This document shows, in pieces, positions 26,400 to 35,122 of a stretch of 64,000 nucleotides of DNA (its first letter is position 1; every line of letters begins with the position of its first letter). The position numbers and the translations under genes are program-made. The stretch covers positions 146,263 to 210,262 of the forward strand of contig VYBN01000033.1 in the NCBI GenBank assembly GCA_009844425.1. Direction: 5' to 3'. The DNA is from Gammaproteobacteria bacterium (GTDB lineage Bacteria > Pseudomonadota > Gammaproteobacteria > Steroidobacterales > Foliamicaceae). The notes below the pieces were generated by a model. It searched no databases. It worked only from the letters and a program-made list of their open reading frames with translations, and was not told where the DNA came from.

Positions 26400-29159
26400 A
26401 TGAAGCATCTGACAAAGACGTTCGTGCTGATGCTGCTGGTCCTGCCGGCAGGCGCCGTCGCGGAGGATCCACTGGGCATCTCCGCCGGCGGGGACGGGTT
26501 CGAATACGTCACGAGCGTGGAAGGCATTCACGAGTACTCGCTGCCCAATGGGCTGCAGGTGTTGCTGTTTCCCGACAACGCGCAGGCGCGGGTGACCGTC
26601 AACGTCACTTACCGCGTCGGCTCCATGCACGAAAACTACGGCGAAACCGGGATGGCGCACCTGCTGGAACACCTGCTGTTCAAGGGCACGCCGGACAATC
26701 CCGACATACCGAAGTCGTTCAATGAGCGCGGCATGGGATTCAACGGCACCACCTGGCTTGACCGGACCAACTACTTCGAGAGTTTCGAACCGACCGACGA
26801 CAACCTGGAATGGGCCTTGCGCATGGAAGCTGACCGCATGGTCAATTCGTTCATCGCCTACGAAGACCTGCAATCCGAATTTTCGGTCGTGCGCAATGAA
26901 ATGGAGCGGGGCGAGAACAGCCCGGGCCGGATGCTGGATCAGCGGGTCCGCGCGGCGGCCTTCGAATGGCACAACTACGGGAACTCGACGATCGGCGCGC
27001 GCTCCGACGTCGAGGGCGTGGACATCGGCCGCCTGCAGGCCTTCTACCGGACTTACTACCAGCCGGACAACGCCACGCTCATCGTGGCCGGCGATTTCGA
27101 TCCCCGCGAGGCCACCGCTATCATTGCCGACTCGTTCGGTACGATTCCGGCCGCGGAGCGGGAGCTGCCTCGCATCTATACCGTCGAGCCGGTCCAGGAC
27201 GGCGAGCGCCTGGTGACCTTGCGGCGGGTCGGAAAGCAGAGCCTGGTCATGGCCGCCTATCACATTCCTGCCGGGGCCACGAAGGAAAACACGGCCCTTG
27301 ACGCGGTTTCGCGCATCCTGGCCGATTCAAGCCGCGGGCGCCTGTACCGCAAGATGATCGAACCGGGCATCGCCGCCGGCGCAGGCGCGCGCGCCGATGC
27401 TTTTGCCTTTCCGGGGCTGTTCACGCTGAACGCAACCGTCCCGGTGGACGGCGACACGCAGGAGGTGCTTGACGCGCTTCTGGACGTTTCCGAGGGCGTT
27501 CCCGCGGAGCCGATCACCGAGGAGGAACTCGAGTGGGCGCGGCTTGCCATGGTTTCCAGCTACGACAAAGCCATAAAGAACGTCGGCTCCCTGGCGCGCA
27601 TACTTTCCGAGAGCATCGCCGCGGGAGACTGGCGGTACCTGTTTCTTTACAAGGACCAACTGGACGCGCTGAGCGTCGAAGACCTCAACGCGGCCGCGGC
27701 GAAACACTTCAAGCGCAGCAATCGCACCGCCGGCATGTTCATCCCCACCGAGAGCCCGGACCGGGCCGCGGTGGCGTCCCGGAGCGACCAGAGCGAAGAG
27801 CTGGCGTCCCTGGCGGGAAGACAGTCGGTGAGCGCGGGCGAGGAATTCGTTCCCAGCCCGGACAACATCGCGGCCCGCACCGTCAGGCAGGAGCTGGCCG
27901 GCGGCGGCTCGCTGTGGGCGATCGAGAAGAAATCGCGCGGGGACAGGATCATCGTTTCGCTGAACCTGTTCTTCGGCAGCGAACAGAGTCTGGCAGGAAA
28001 ACACGGCCTGGCCGGATACGCCGCCGGGCAGTTGCAGCGCGGCACCACGCGCTACACGCGCGACGAACTGGCCACCGAATGGGACCGCCTGAAGAGCGAT
28101 CTCAACCTCAGGGGCGGTGGGCAGAGAATCAACGCCTCGCTGCAGACGGACGAGGCCAACTTCGAGGAAGCGCTGGCCTTGATGGCGCATGTGCTGCGCG
28201 AGCCGGTCTTCGATCCCGATCAGCTGGAGGAAGCGAAACGCTCCGCACTGGCGAGTATTGCGGGAGCCCGCGGTCAGCCGCAAAGCGTCGTTTCCATTTC
28301 CCTGTCCAAGGCGCTGAGTCCCTACCCACCGGACCATTTCCGATACGCCATGGATCTGGACGAGCAGGAGGAAATGATCCGGAACATGAACCGGGACGCC
28401 CTGGCCGAATTCTGGAATTCCCATATCGGATACAGGGGAGCGATCGCACTCGCCGTGGGCAACTTCGATACCGCGGCGCTGGCCGGGCGCCTTGACGAAC
28501 TTTTCGGCGACTGGGAGGCGGCCGTGGATTACCTGCCGGCGCCCAACCGGCACCATCCGGTGCAGGCGCGCGAGGAATGGCTGGACACGCCGGACAAGGC
28601 CAACGGGTTCATGGTTGCCGCGCTGCCTGTTCCGCTCAACGTTCGCGATGCCGATTACGCGCCGCTGGTCATCGGCACGCGCATTTTCGGCGGCGGGGGC
28701 TTGAGCAACCGCCTGATCAATCGCCTGCGCCAGAAAGAGGGCTGGTCCTACGGCGCGGGCGGCGGCATGAACGCGTCGGAGCGTTCAGGTGACGACAGCG
28801 GCGCTTTATTCATTCAGGCGATCGCGGCCCCGGAGAACCTCTCGAAGGTCCGGGGCGGGGCGCTGGAGGAATTGCAGCGCGTCATTGATGACGGTTTCAC
28901 CCCCGAGGAGCTTCAGGACGCCGTGGACGGCGCCATTTCGGGCGACCTGAACTCCTGGTCAAGCGACGCAGCCCTGACCGGCATCCTCAGTTCCGGTGCG
29001 GAACACGGACTGGATGCGCTGTGGTACGGCGCACTGCATGAGCAGTACAGGGCGCTGACGCTGGACGACGTCAACGAGACCTTCCGCAAGTACTACGCGG
29101 CCGACGATTTCCTTATCTTCATCGGCGGCGACAAGGCCAGGGCGGAAGACACCGGCTAG
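26400..29159 (+). CDS. M16 (pitrilysin/insulinase) family zinc metallopeptidase, secreted, about 919 aa
   Basis: Signal peptide MKHLTKTFVLMLLVLPAGAVA and the inverted zinc motif HLLEHLLFKG (HxxEH). The length is consistent with a duplicated M16 half-domain architecture. Confidence 0.85.
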   Translation: MKHLTKTFVLMLLVLPAGAVAEDPLGISAGGDGFEYVTSVEGIHEYSLPNGLQVLLFPDNAQARVTVNVTYRVGSMHENYGETGMAHLLEHLLFKGTPDNPDIPKSFNERGMGFNGTTWLDRTNYFESFEPTDDNLEWALRMEADRMVNSFIAYEDLQSEFSVVRNEMERGENSPGRMLDQRVRAAAFEWHNYGNSTIGARSDVEGVDIGRLQAFYRTYYQPDNATLIVAGDFDPREATAIIADSFGTIPAAERELPRIYTVEPVQDGERLVTLRRVGKQSLVMAAYHIPAGATKENTALDAVSRILADSSRGRLYRKMIEPGIAAGAGARADAFAFPGLFTLNATVPVDGDTQEVLDALLDVSEGVPAEPITEEELEWARLAMVSSYDKAIKNVGSLARILSESIAAGDWRYLFLYKDQLDALSVEDLNAAAAKHFKRSNRTAGMFIPTESPDRAAVASRSDQSEELASLAGRQSVSAGEEFVPSPDNIAARTVRQELAGGGSLWAIEKKSRGDRIIVSLNLFFGSEQSLAGKHGLAGYAAGQLQRGTTRYTRDELATEWDRLKSDLNLRGGGQRINASLQTDEANFEEALALMAHVLREPVFDPDQLEEAKRSALASIAGARGQPQSVVSISLSKALSPYPPDHFRYAMDLDEQEEMIRNMNRDALAEFWNSHIGYRGAIALAVGNFDTAALAGRLDELFGDWEAAVDYLPAPNRHHPVQAREEWLDTPDKANGFMVAALPVPLNVRDADYAPLVIGTRIFGGGGLSNRLINRLRQKEGWSYGAGGGMNASERSGDDSGALFIQAIAAPENLSKVRGGALEELQRVIDDGFTPEELQDAVDGAISGDLNSWSSDAALTGILSSGAEHGLDALWYGALHEQYRALTLDDVNETFRKYYAADDFLIFIGGDKARAEDTG

Positions 29160-29983
29160 AGTTGCGCGATGCCGTGCCCGGTGCGGGTGCGGCGCGTGCG
29201 CCGGGTCTCCCGGCGGATTTCGAGATTGGCGGCGCGCACCTGCGGATCGACGTAACCGCGCGGGTGGTCCAGGTGCAGGCAGGTTACCCGGTGGCGAATG
29301 CGCTTGCCGCGGACCCCCGCGTTCTCCAGGCGCTCGCCCAGCTCCCGGTCCTCTCCGCCGTAGCCCATCCGCTCGTCGAAACCGTTTGCCGCGAGGATGT
29401 CGGCCTTCCAGCCGGATGCGTTGTGACCGTTCCAGCCGGCGGTGGCCGGGGATATGCGGTCCAGCACCGCCCCGAAACCTGTTCCCGCAGTGAGTTTGAG
29501 AAGCTTGTAGGTCGGCGGCATGCCGCGGCCGCGCAGCCATGAGGCGGAGAAGCAGCGTCCCGTTGCGATGTCTTCCGGCCGGATGTTGTGGGACAGTCCC
29601 AGCGGCAATCGGAGCAGGCCGCCCGAAAGGAAACGCCGCGGTTCGGCGAGGTCGAGATGACGGGACACGAATTCGGGCTGCGGAATGCAGTCCCCGTCGG
29701 TGAAAATCAGGTATTCGCCCCGCGCCCTGGCGATGGCCTTGTTCAGGATCCGGCACTTGCGAAAGCCGCGATCGTCCTGCAGGACGTGCTCGATCTCAAG
29801 CCCCGTGCTTCTGCGGGCGCTGCGGATGACTTCGGCCGTCTCGTCGCCGGAGCCGTCGTCGGCCACCACCACCTCGAATTCCCGGCAGGTCTGATGGGCG
29901 AAGCCGCAAAGCGTCTTTTCCAGCCATTCGGGCTGCCGGTAGGTGCTGAAAACGACCGTTGCGTCAAACGGCCGTTTGCTCAT
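29156..29983 (-). CDS. Glycosyltransferase family 2 protein
   Basis: VVADDGSGDET and a DxD-type block FTDGDCIP. Confidence 0.8.
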   Translation of the reverse strand: MSKRPFDATVVFSTYRQPEWLEKTLCGFAHQTCREFEVVVADDGSGDETAEVIRSARRSTGLEIEHVLQDDRGFRKCRILNKAIARARGEYLIFTDGDCIPQPEFVSRHLDLAEPRRFLSGGLLRLPLGLSHNIRPEDIATGRCFSASWLRGRGMPPTYKLLKLTAGTGFGAVLDRISPATAGWNGHNASGWKADILAANGFDERMGYGGEDRELGERLENAGVRGKRIRHRVTCLHLDHPRGYVDPQVRAANLEIRRETRRTRRTRTGHGIAQL

Positions 29984-30651
29984 GCTTCACCGGTAGCGCG
30001 CTCCGCCCCGCCGTCCGAATCGACGCGGGGAAGACTGTCCGGGTCCGGGACCACGACGCCCACGGAAACGACCAGCTTGATCGCGTCCTCCACGCTCATG
30101 TCCAGCTCGATCAGGTCCTTCCGCGGAGCCACGACCAGAAACCCGGAGGTCGGGTTGGGCGTGGTGGGCACGAAGACGCACACCGAGTCCGGCGTGTGTT
30201 CGGCAAGCTGGCCCACGGTGCTGGACGTTTGAAAGGCGATGCAGTAGATGCCCCTGCGCGGGTATTCGATCAGCAGCACGCGGCTGAACGAGCCGCGCTT
30301 GCCGCTCAGCACCATCTCCAGAAAGCCCTTGGCGGCCGTGTAAATCGTCCTGACCAGAGGTATCCGCCGCAGGACCGATTCCCAGAGGCCGATGATGCGC
30401 CTGCCGAACACGTTGGCCGCCACCAGTCCGGTCACGAACAGCAGTACCAGGCTGAGCACAAGGCCAAGCCCGGGAATCGGGAACCCGAGGAGCGCTTCGG
30501 GACGATACGGCTCGGGAATCAGCCTCAGCGTCTGGTCGGCCAGGTCGATGAGCAACTGCAGCACCAGCACCGTTATGCCCACGGGAACCCAGACCAGCAT
30601 TCCCGCCACCAGCACGCGCCTCAAGCGCGGCCACCAGCTCTTAAACATCAC
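29980..30651 (-). CDS. DUF502 family membrane protein
   Basis: Two N-terminal TM segments, RIPLVRTIYTAAKGF and VFVPTTPNPTSGFL blocks. A 4-nt ATGA overlap links it to the downstream GT2 gene. Confidence 0.7.
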   Translation of the reverse strand: MMFKSWWPRLRRVLVAGMLVWVPVGITVLVLQLLIDLADQTLRLIPEPYRPEALLGFPIPGLGLVLSLVLLFVTGLVAANVFGRRIIGLWESVLRRIPLVRTIYTAAKGFLEMVLSGKRGSFSRVLLIEYPRRGIYCIAFQTSSTVGQLAEHTPDSVCVFVPTTPNPTSGFLVVAPRKDLIELDMSVEDAIKLVVSVGVVVPDPDSLPRVDSDGGAERATGEA

Positions 30652-30673
30652 TGATGAGGCTGTCAGGCATTGC

Positions 30674-31003
30674 TCACGCGGCGGCTGCGTCGGAAGTCGG
30701 GCTCGCGCCGGATTCCTTGCCCGAGGAAGAGTCCGCCTTGTCCTTGCCGCCGGTGTCGGATGCCGACTTGCCTGCGCCGTTTCCGGCGTCCTTGCCCGCG
30801 CCGTCCTGCTTGTCGCTACCGCTGTTCTTGAAATCGGTCTCGTACCAGCCGCTGCCCTTCAGCCGGAAGTGCGGCGCCGAAACCAGCTTCTTGAGGGCCG
30901 GCCGCCCGCATGCGGGGCAGTCTTTGAGGCGCGGATCGCTCATCTTCTGCAGCGCGTCCAGCCGGTATCCGCACTCGCGGCATTCGTATTCGTAGATAGG
31001 CAT
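30674..31003 (-). CDS. FmdB-family zinc-ribbon protein
   Basis: The N-terminus MPIYEYECRECG...CPACG is a CxxC-N-CxxC ribbon. The C-terminal tail is low-complexity and Gly/Ser/Lys/Asp-rich. Confidence 0.75.
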   Translation of the reverse strand: MPIYEYECRECGYRLDALQKMSDPRLKDCPACGRPALKKLVSAPHFRLKGSGWYETDFKNSGSDKQDGAGKDAGNGAGKSASDTGGKDKADSSSGKESGASPTSDAAAA

Positions 31004-31039
31004 GGGAGCAGGAAATAAGCCTTTGGGCCGCGCGAAATT

Positions 31040-32797
31040 CTATAACGGCCGCAATCCGAGTTCCCGCAATTGCCTCGGTTCGACGGCGGCGGGCGCATCG
31101 GTAAGGGGGCAGGCGCCGGACTGCGTCTTGGGGAAGGCGATCACTTCGCGTATCGATTCGGCCTCGGCCATTAGCATGACCCAGCGGTCCAGTCCGAAGG
31201 CGATGCCGCCATGCGGCGGGACGCCGTAGTCCAGCGCCTTGAGGAAGAACCCGAACTGCCGGTCGGTTTCCTCGGCCGATAGTCCCAGCAGCTCGAACAC
31301 CGCCGCCTGCATCTCGCGCTGGTGTATGCGGACCGAGCCGCCGCCGATCTCGTGGCCGTTCAGGACCAGGTCATAGGCGCGCGACGAGGCCTGCGCGGGC
31401 CGTTCCAGAAGCTCGCCCGGCTCGGTCACGCCGGGAGCGGTGAAGGGATGATGAAGCGCCTTCCAGCGTTTTTCGTCTTCGTCGAACTCGAAGCCCGGAA
31501 ATTCCGTGATCCACACCGGCGCCCAGCCGCCGCCGATCAGGCCCCGTTCCTTCCCCAGCCGGTCGCGAAGGGCCGACAGCGTGCGGTTCACGATCGCGGC
31601 CGCTCCCGCCCCGAACAGCAGCAGGTCGCCCGCGGCCGGCCCGGTCTTTTCGAGCAGCGCCGTGATCTCGTCGTCGGACAGGAACTTCAGCACCGGCGAC
31701 TGCATGCCCTCCCGGCCGGCCGCCGGATCGGCCACCTTGATCCAGGCCATCCCCTTGGCGCCCATCGCCTGCACGAATCCGGTCAGTTCGTCCAGTTCGC
31801 GGCGCGTCATTCCGCCGCCTCCGGGAATCTTCAGCGCCGCCACGCGGCAGCCGGGATCACGGGCCGGCGCCGAGAAAACCTTGAATTCCGAATCCGCGAA
31901 TATGCCGCTCAGTTCCACGAGTTCCAGCGGATTGCGCAGGTCCGGCGCATCGCTGGCGAACCGCTGCATCGCCTCCGCGTAGGTCATGCGGGGAAAGGGC
32001 TCCGGCAGTTCCACGTCCAGCACGCCGGAGAACACTTCGCGCACCAGGGCCTCCATCAATCCCATCACGTCCTCTTCGTCCACGAACGACATTTCCACGT
32101 CGAGCTGGGTAAATTCCGGCTGGCGGTCGGCGCGCAGGTCCTCGTCGCGGAAGCAGCGCACGATCTGGTAGTAGCGGTCCAGCCCCGACATCATCAGCAA
32201 TTGCTTGAACAATTGCGGGGACTGGGGCAGGGCGTAGAAGCGCCCCGGCCGGTTGCGGGCCGGAGACAGAAAATCGCGCGCGCCTTCCGGTGTGGTGCGG
32301 GTAAGCATCGGCGTTTCCACGTCCACGAAGCCGCGCTGGTCCAGGTAAGCGCGTATCGCGGCGAAAACCCTGTGGCGCAGGCGCAGCCTGTCCAGCATTT
32401 CCGGCCGTCGCAGGTCAAGGTAGCGGTATTTCAGCCGCAACTCCTCGCCGGCGCCCTCGCCGTGGTGGAAGGGCAGGTCGCGCGCGCCGGAGAGGATTTC
32501 GAGCGACTCGGCCACCAGTTCGATTTCTCCCGTTTTCAGATCGGGATTGGCCGTGCCCTCGGGGCGAATGCGGATGCTTCCGGTGGCATGCAGCACGCTT
32601 TCCGCGCGCGCCGCTTCCGCTGTCGCGAACACCTCCGGCCGGTCCGGATTGCACACCAGTTGCAGAATTCCCTCGCGGTCGCGCAGGTCGATGAAGATCA
32701 CGCCGCCGTGGTCGCGCAGGCCGTTGACCCAGCCGCATACCTGGACCTGTTGTCCATCGGCATCGGCGCGGAGTTCACCGCAGTAGTGAGATCGCAT
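31040..32797 (-). CDS. aspS: Aspartate--tRNA ligase
   Basis: MRSHYCGELR..., FIDLRDREG, class II motifs FRDEDLRADRQPEFTQLD and GGGSVRIH. The start is taken at ATG 32797. Confidence 0.95.
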   Translation of the reverse strand: MRSHYCGELRADADGQQVQVCGWVNGLRDHGGVIFIDLRDREGILQLVCNPDRPEVFATAEAARAESVLHATGSIRIRPEGTANPDLKTGEIELVAESLEILSGARDLPFHHGEGAGEELRLKYRYLDLRRPEMLDRLRLRHRVFAAIRAYLDQRGFVDVETPMLTRTTPEGARDFLSPARNRPGRFYALPQSPQLFKQLLMMSGLDRYYQIVRCFRDEDLRADRQPEFTQLDVEMSFVDEEDVMGLMEALVREVFSGVLDVELPEPFPRMTYAEAMQRFASDAPDLRNPLELVELSGIFADSEFKVFSAPARDPGCRVAALKIPGGGGMTRRELDELTGFVQAMGAKGMAWIKVADPAAGREGMQSPVLKFLSDDEITALLEKTGPAAGDLLLFGAGAAAIVNRTLSALRDRLGKERGLIGGGWAPVWITEFPGFEFDEDEKRWKALHHPFTAPGVTEPGELLERPAQASSRAYDLVLNGHEIGGGSVRIHQREMQAAVFELLGLSAEETDRQFGFFLKALDYGVPPHGGIAFGLDRWVMLMAEAESIREVIAFPKTQSGACPLTDAPAAVEPRQLRELGLRPL

Positions 32798-32868
32798 GTT
32801 CATTGAATACGCAAGCACCTGAAAGGCGGCCGCAACGCAGCGCCCGGGGTTGAATCAAGCCTGGTGAA

Positions 32869-33783
32869 CTAGCTTGCGCCGAGTTCCTGCTGCATCGCTT
32901 CCATGCGCTCGCGTTCCTTCTTGCCCGCCGGCATGACCAGGCATACCGCCACGACCAGGACCGAGGCGATAGCCACCGCGATCACTTGCCAGCCGTATTC
33001 CTCCAGATTGACGAAGAAATCGTTGACCCATCCCCATCGTCCGACGAATTCGTACGCGTTCCAACTGATGATCGCGGTTGCAATGGAGTAGCGCAACGCC
33101 GTGGCGACTCGCTTGAAGCGCAGCAGGCGCCGCAGCAGGTAGATCGCCCAGACCGCGTTCAGCGCGGCGATTCCGTATGTGACCGGATGCTGGTCGCCCA
33201 GCACGTTCTCGTCGTAAATGATGAGCAGGAAAAGATAGAAGAACCAGATCAGGTAAATGGTCTCCAGTGCGGTTATCGCCGCGAAGTTGCGCTTGTGCCC
33301 CTCCGTGGGTTTGCCGGTCCCCATTCCAAGCCAGCGATGGCACCAGCGGAAGAAATTGCATCGCGTCTCGCGGTTGAACAGGAAATAGACCAGGGTGGCG
33401 AGCATTACCCCCAAAGAAGACATCATCACCAGGTATTCCGCGTTGGTGGCCACTTCGCCGGTTGCGTCCATAAGGTCCGGGACGCCCAGCCAGATCGCGT
33501 AATAGACGAAGGAGAATTCCACCCAGCCGGTCCAAAGCAGCCAGGCGGCGAAGTAGCCGAGCCAGGTTCCGCTCACCTCGCTGTCCTGGCGCATGCCGAG
33601 CCAGAGCAGGAATGCGCCGATCAGGCCCATGATGCCGGCCGCGTAATACATCCCCGGCGCACCGATCGCATGCTCGATCTGGATCATGACCGAGTGCCCC
33701 AGGCCCTGGGACACGAAGAACACCGCAAAGGGGAACAAACCGATAAACGGTGGACGGGCAAACACCCGGGCCAGCGCGTTCAT
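32869..33783 (-). CDS. Hypothetical polytopic membrane protein; no family recognised
   Basis: About 8 hydrophobic segments and an aromatic-rich sequence. GC looks lower than in the neighbours. No motif recognised. Confidence 0.5.
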   Translation of the reverse strand: MNALARVFARPPFIGLFPFAVFFVSQGLGHSVMIQIEHAIGAPGMYYAAGIMGLIGAFLLWLGMRQDSEVSGTWLGYFAAWLLWTGWVEFSFVYYAIWLGVPDLMDATGEVATNAEYLVMMSSLGVMLATLVYFLFNRETRCNFFRWCHRWLGMGTGKPTEGHKRNFAAITALETIYLIWFFYLFLLIIYDENVLGDQHPVTYGIAALNAVWAIYLLRRLLRFKRVATALRYSIATAIISWNAYEFVGRWGWVNDFFVNLEEYGWQVIAVAIASVLVVAVCLVMPAGKKERERMEAMQQELGAS

Positions 33784-33875
33784 GGAGCGACCTCCGGAAA
33801 GCCGAAATAAACTTCTATACTATACCGCTTCGACGGTTTCGACAGGCGTTAATACGGGGCAGTGAGGCACGCGGG

Positions 33876-34334
33876 ATGAAGATCGAAAACCTTAAGGAAT
33901 GGGAGGGCCGCGAGCTCACTCCGTCAGACTGGTTTGACGTGGATCAGGCCCGGATCAACGCCTTTGCGGACTGCACCGTGGATCATCAGTTCATCCACGT
34001 GGATCCCGAACGGGTGGCGCGCGAAACGCCGTTCGGGTCCACCATCGCGCACGGCTTCCTGACGCTGTCGCTTTCGGTCCACCTCGAGTCCCCCGAAATG
34101 TCGGAAATCGAGGGCGTCGGCTTCGTCATCAACTATGGCCTGGACAAACTGCGCTTCGTCAACCCGGTCCCGGTGGGTTCGCGCGTTCGGGTTCACTCCA
34201 GGCTTACCGAGGTTCGGGAACGCGGACCGGGCCGCGTGGTCATCCGGCTGGAGAAATCCATGGAAATCGACGGCCAGGAGAGGCCCGCCTGGGTGGCGCA
34301 ACAGCTCTTCATGCTGATATCCGAAGGCGCCTGA
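33876..34334 (+). CDS. MaoC-like (R)-specific enoyl-CoA hydratase / hot-dog dehydratase
   Basis: NodN/MaoC blocks FADCTVDHQFIHVDPE and TIAHGFLTLSL. The start is ATG 33876. Confidence 0.8.
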   Translation: MKIENLKEWEGRELTPSDWFDVDQARINAFADCTVDHQFIHVDPERVARETPFGSTIAHGFLTLSLSVHLESPEMSEIEGVGFVINYGLDKLRFVNPVPVGSRVRVHSRLTEVRERGPGRVVIRLEKSMEIDGQERPAWVAQQLFMLISEGA

Positions 34335-34347
34335 ACCTCGTCTCGGC

Positions 34348-35115
34348 GTGGACGAACTGTTCAACCTGGAGGGCCGCACGGCGCTGATCACCGGCTCCAC
34401 GCGGGGCATAGGCAAGGCCATTGCGACGCGGATGGCGGAGCATGGCGCACGCGTGACCGCGTCCAGCCGCAAGGCGGAGGCATGCGAGCAGACCGCCGAG
34501 GAACTGAACCTGCGCTTCGGCAAGGGAACCGCCATTTCCGCGCCCTGCAACGTCTATCACAAGGACCAGGTGGAGGACCTCGTGGCGCGCACCCGGGCGG
34601 CCTTCGGCGCCATCGACATTCTGGTTTCCAACGTGGGCGTGAATCCGCATTTCGGCCCCTTGCTCGAAACGTCCGACAGCGCCCTGGAGAGGATCTGGCG
34701 CTGCAACGTCACGGCCAATCTGTGGCTCAGCCAGCTGGTCGTTCCGGACATGCAAAGCCGGGGACACGGCCGGATCGTGCTGATTTCCTCGTACGTGGGC
34801 CAGACGGCGCACGACAAGATCGGCGCCTACGGCATGTCCAAGGCCGCGGAAATCCAGATGGCGCGGAACCTGGCGCTGGAGTACGGCCGCGACGGCATCA
34901 CCGCCAACGCGGTCTGTCCGGGACTGATCAAGACCGATTTCTCCAGGGCGCTCTGGACCGATGCCGATGCCCGCGAGAGCTTTCTGGGCACGACGGCGCT
35001 CGGACGGATGGGCGCTCCGGACGAAGTGGCCGGACTGGTCGTGTTCCTCGCGTCGCCTGCCGGTTCCTACGTGACCGGACAGGCGCTACTGGTGGACGGC
35101 GGCATCCGGGCGTGA
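34348..35115 (+). CDS. Short-chain dehydrogenase/reductase (SDR) family oxidoreductase
   Basis: TGSTRGIG (TGxxxGxG), NVGVN, and the catalytic block YGMSKAA (YxxxK). Confidence 0.85.
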   Translation: MDELFNLEGRTALITGSTRGIGKAIATRMAEHGARVTASSRKAEACEQTAEELNLRFGKGTAISAPCNVYHKDQVEDLVARTRAAFGAIDILVSNVGVNPHFGPLLETSDSALERIWRCNVTANLWLSQLVVPDMQSRGHGRIVLISSYVGQTAHDKIGAYGMSKAAEIQMARNLALEYGRDGITANAVCPGLIKTDFSRALWTDADARESFLGTTALGRMGAPDEVAGLVVFLASPAGSYVTGQALLVDGGIRA

Positions 35116-35122
35116 TCGCATC

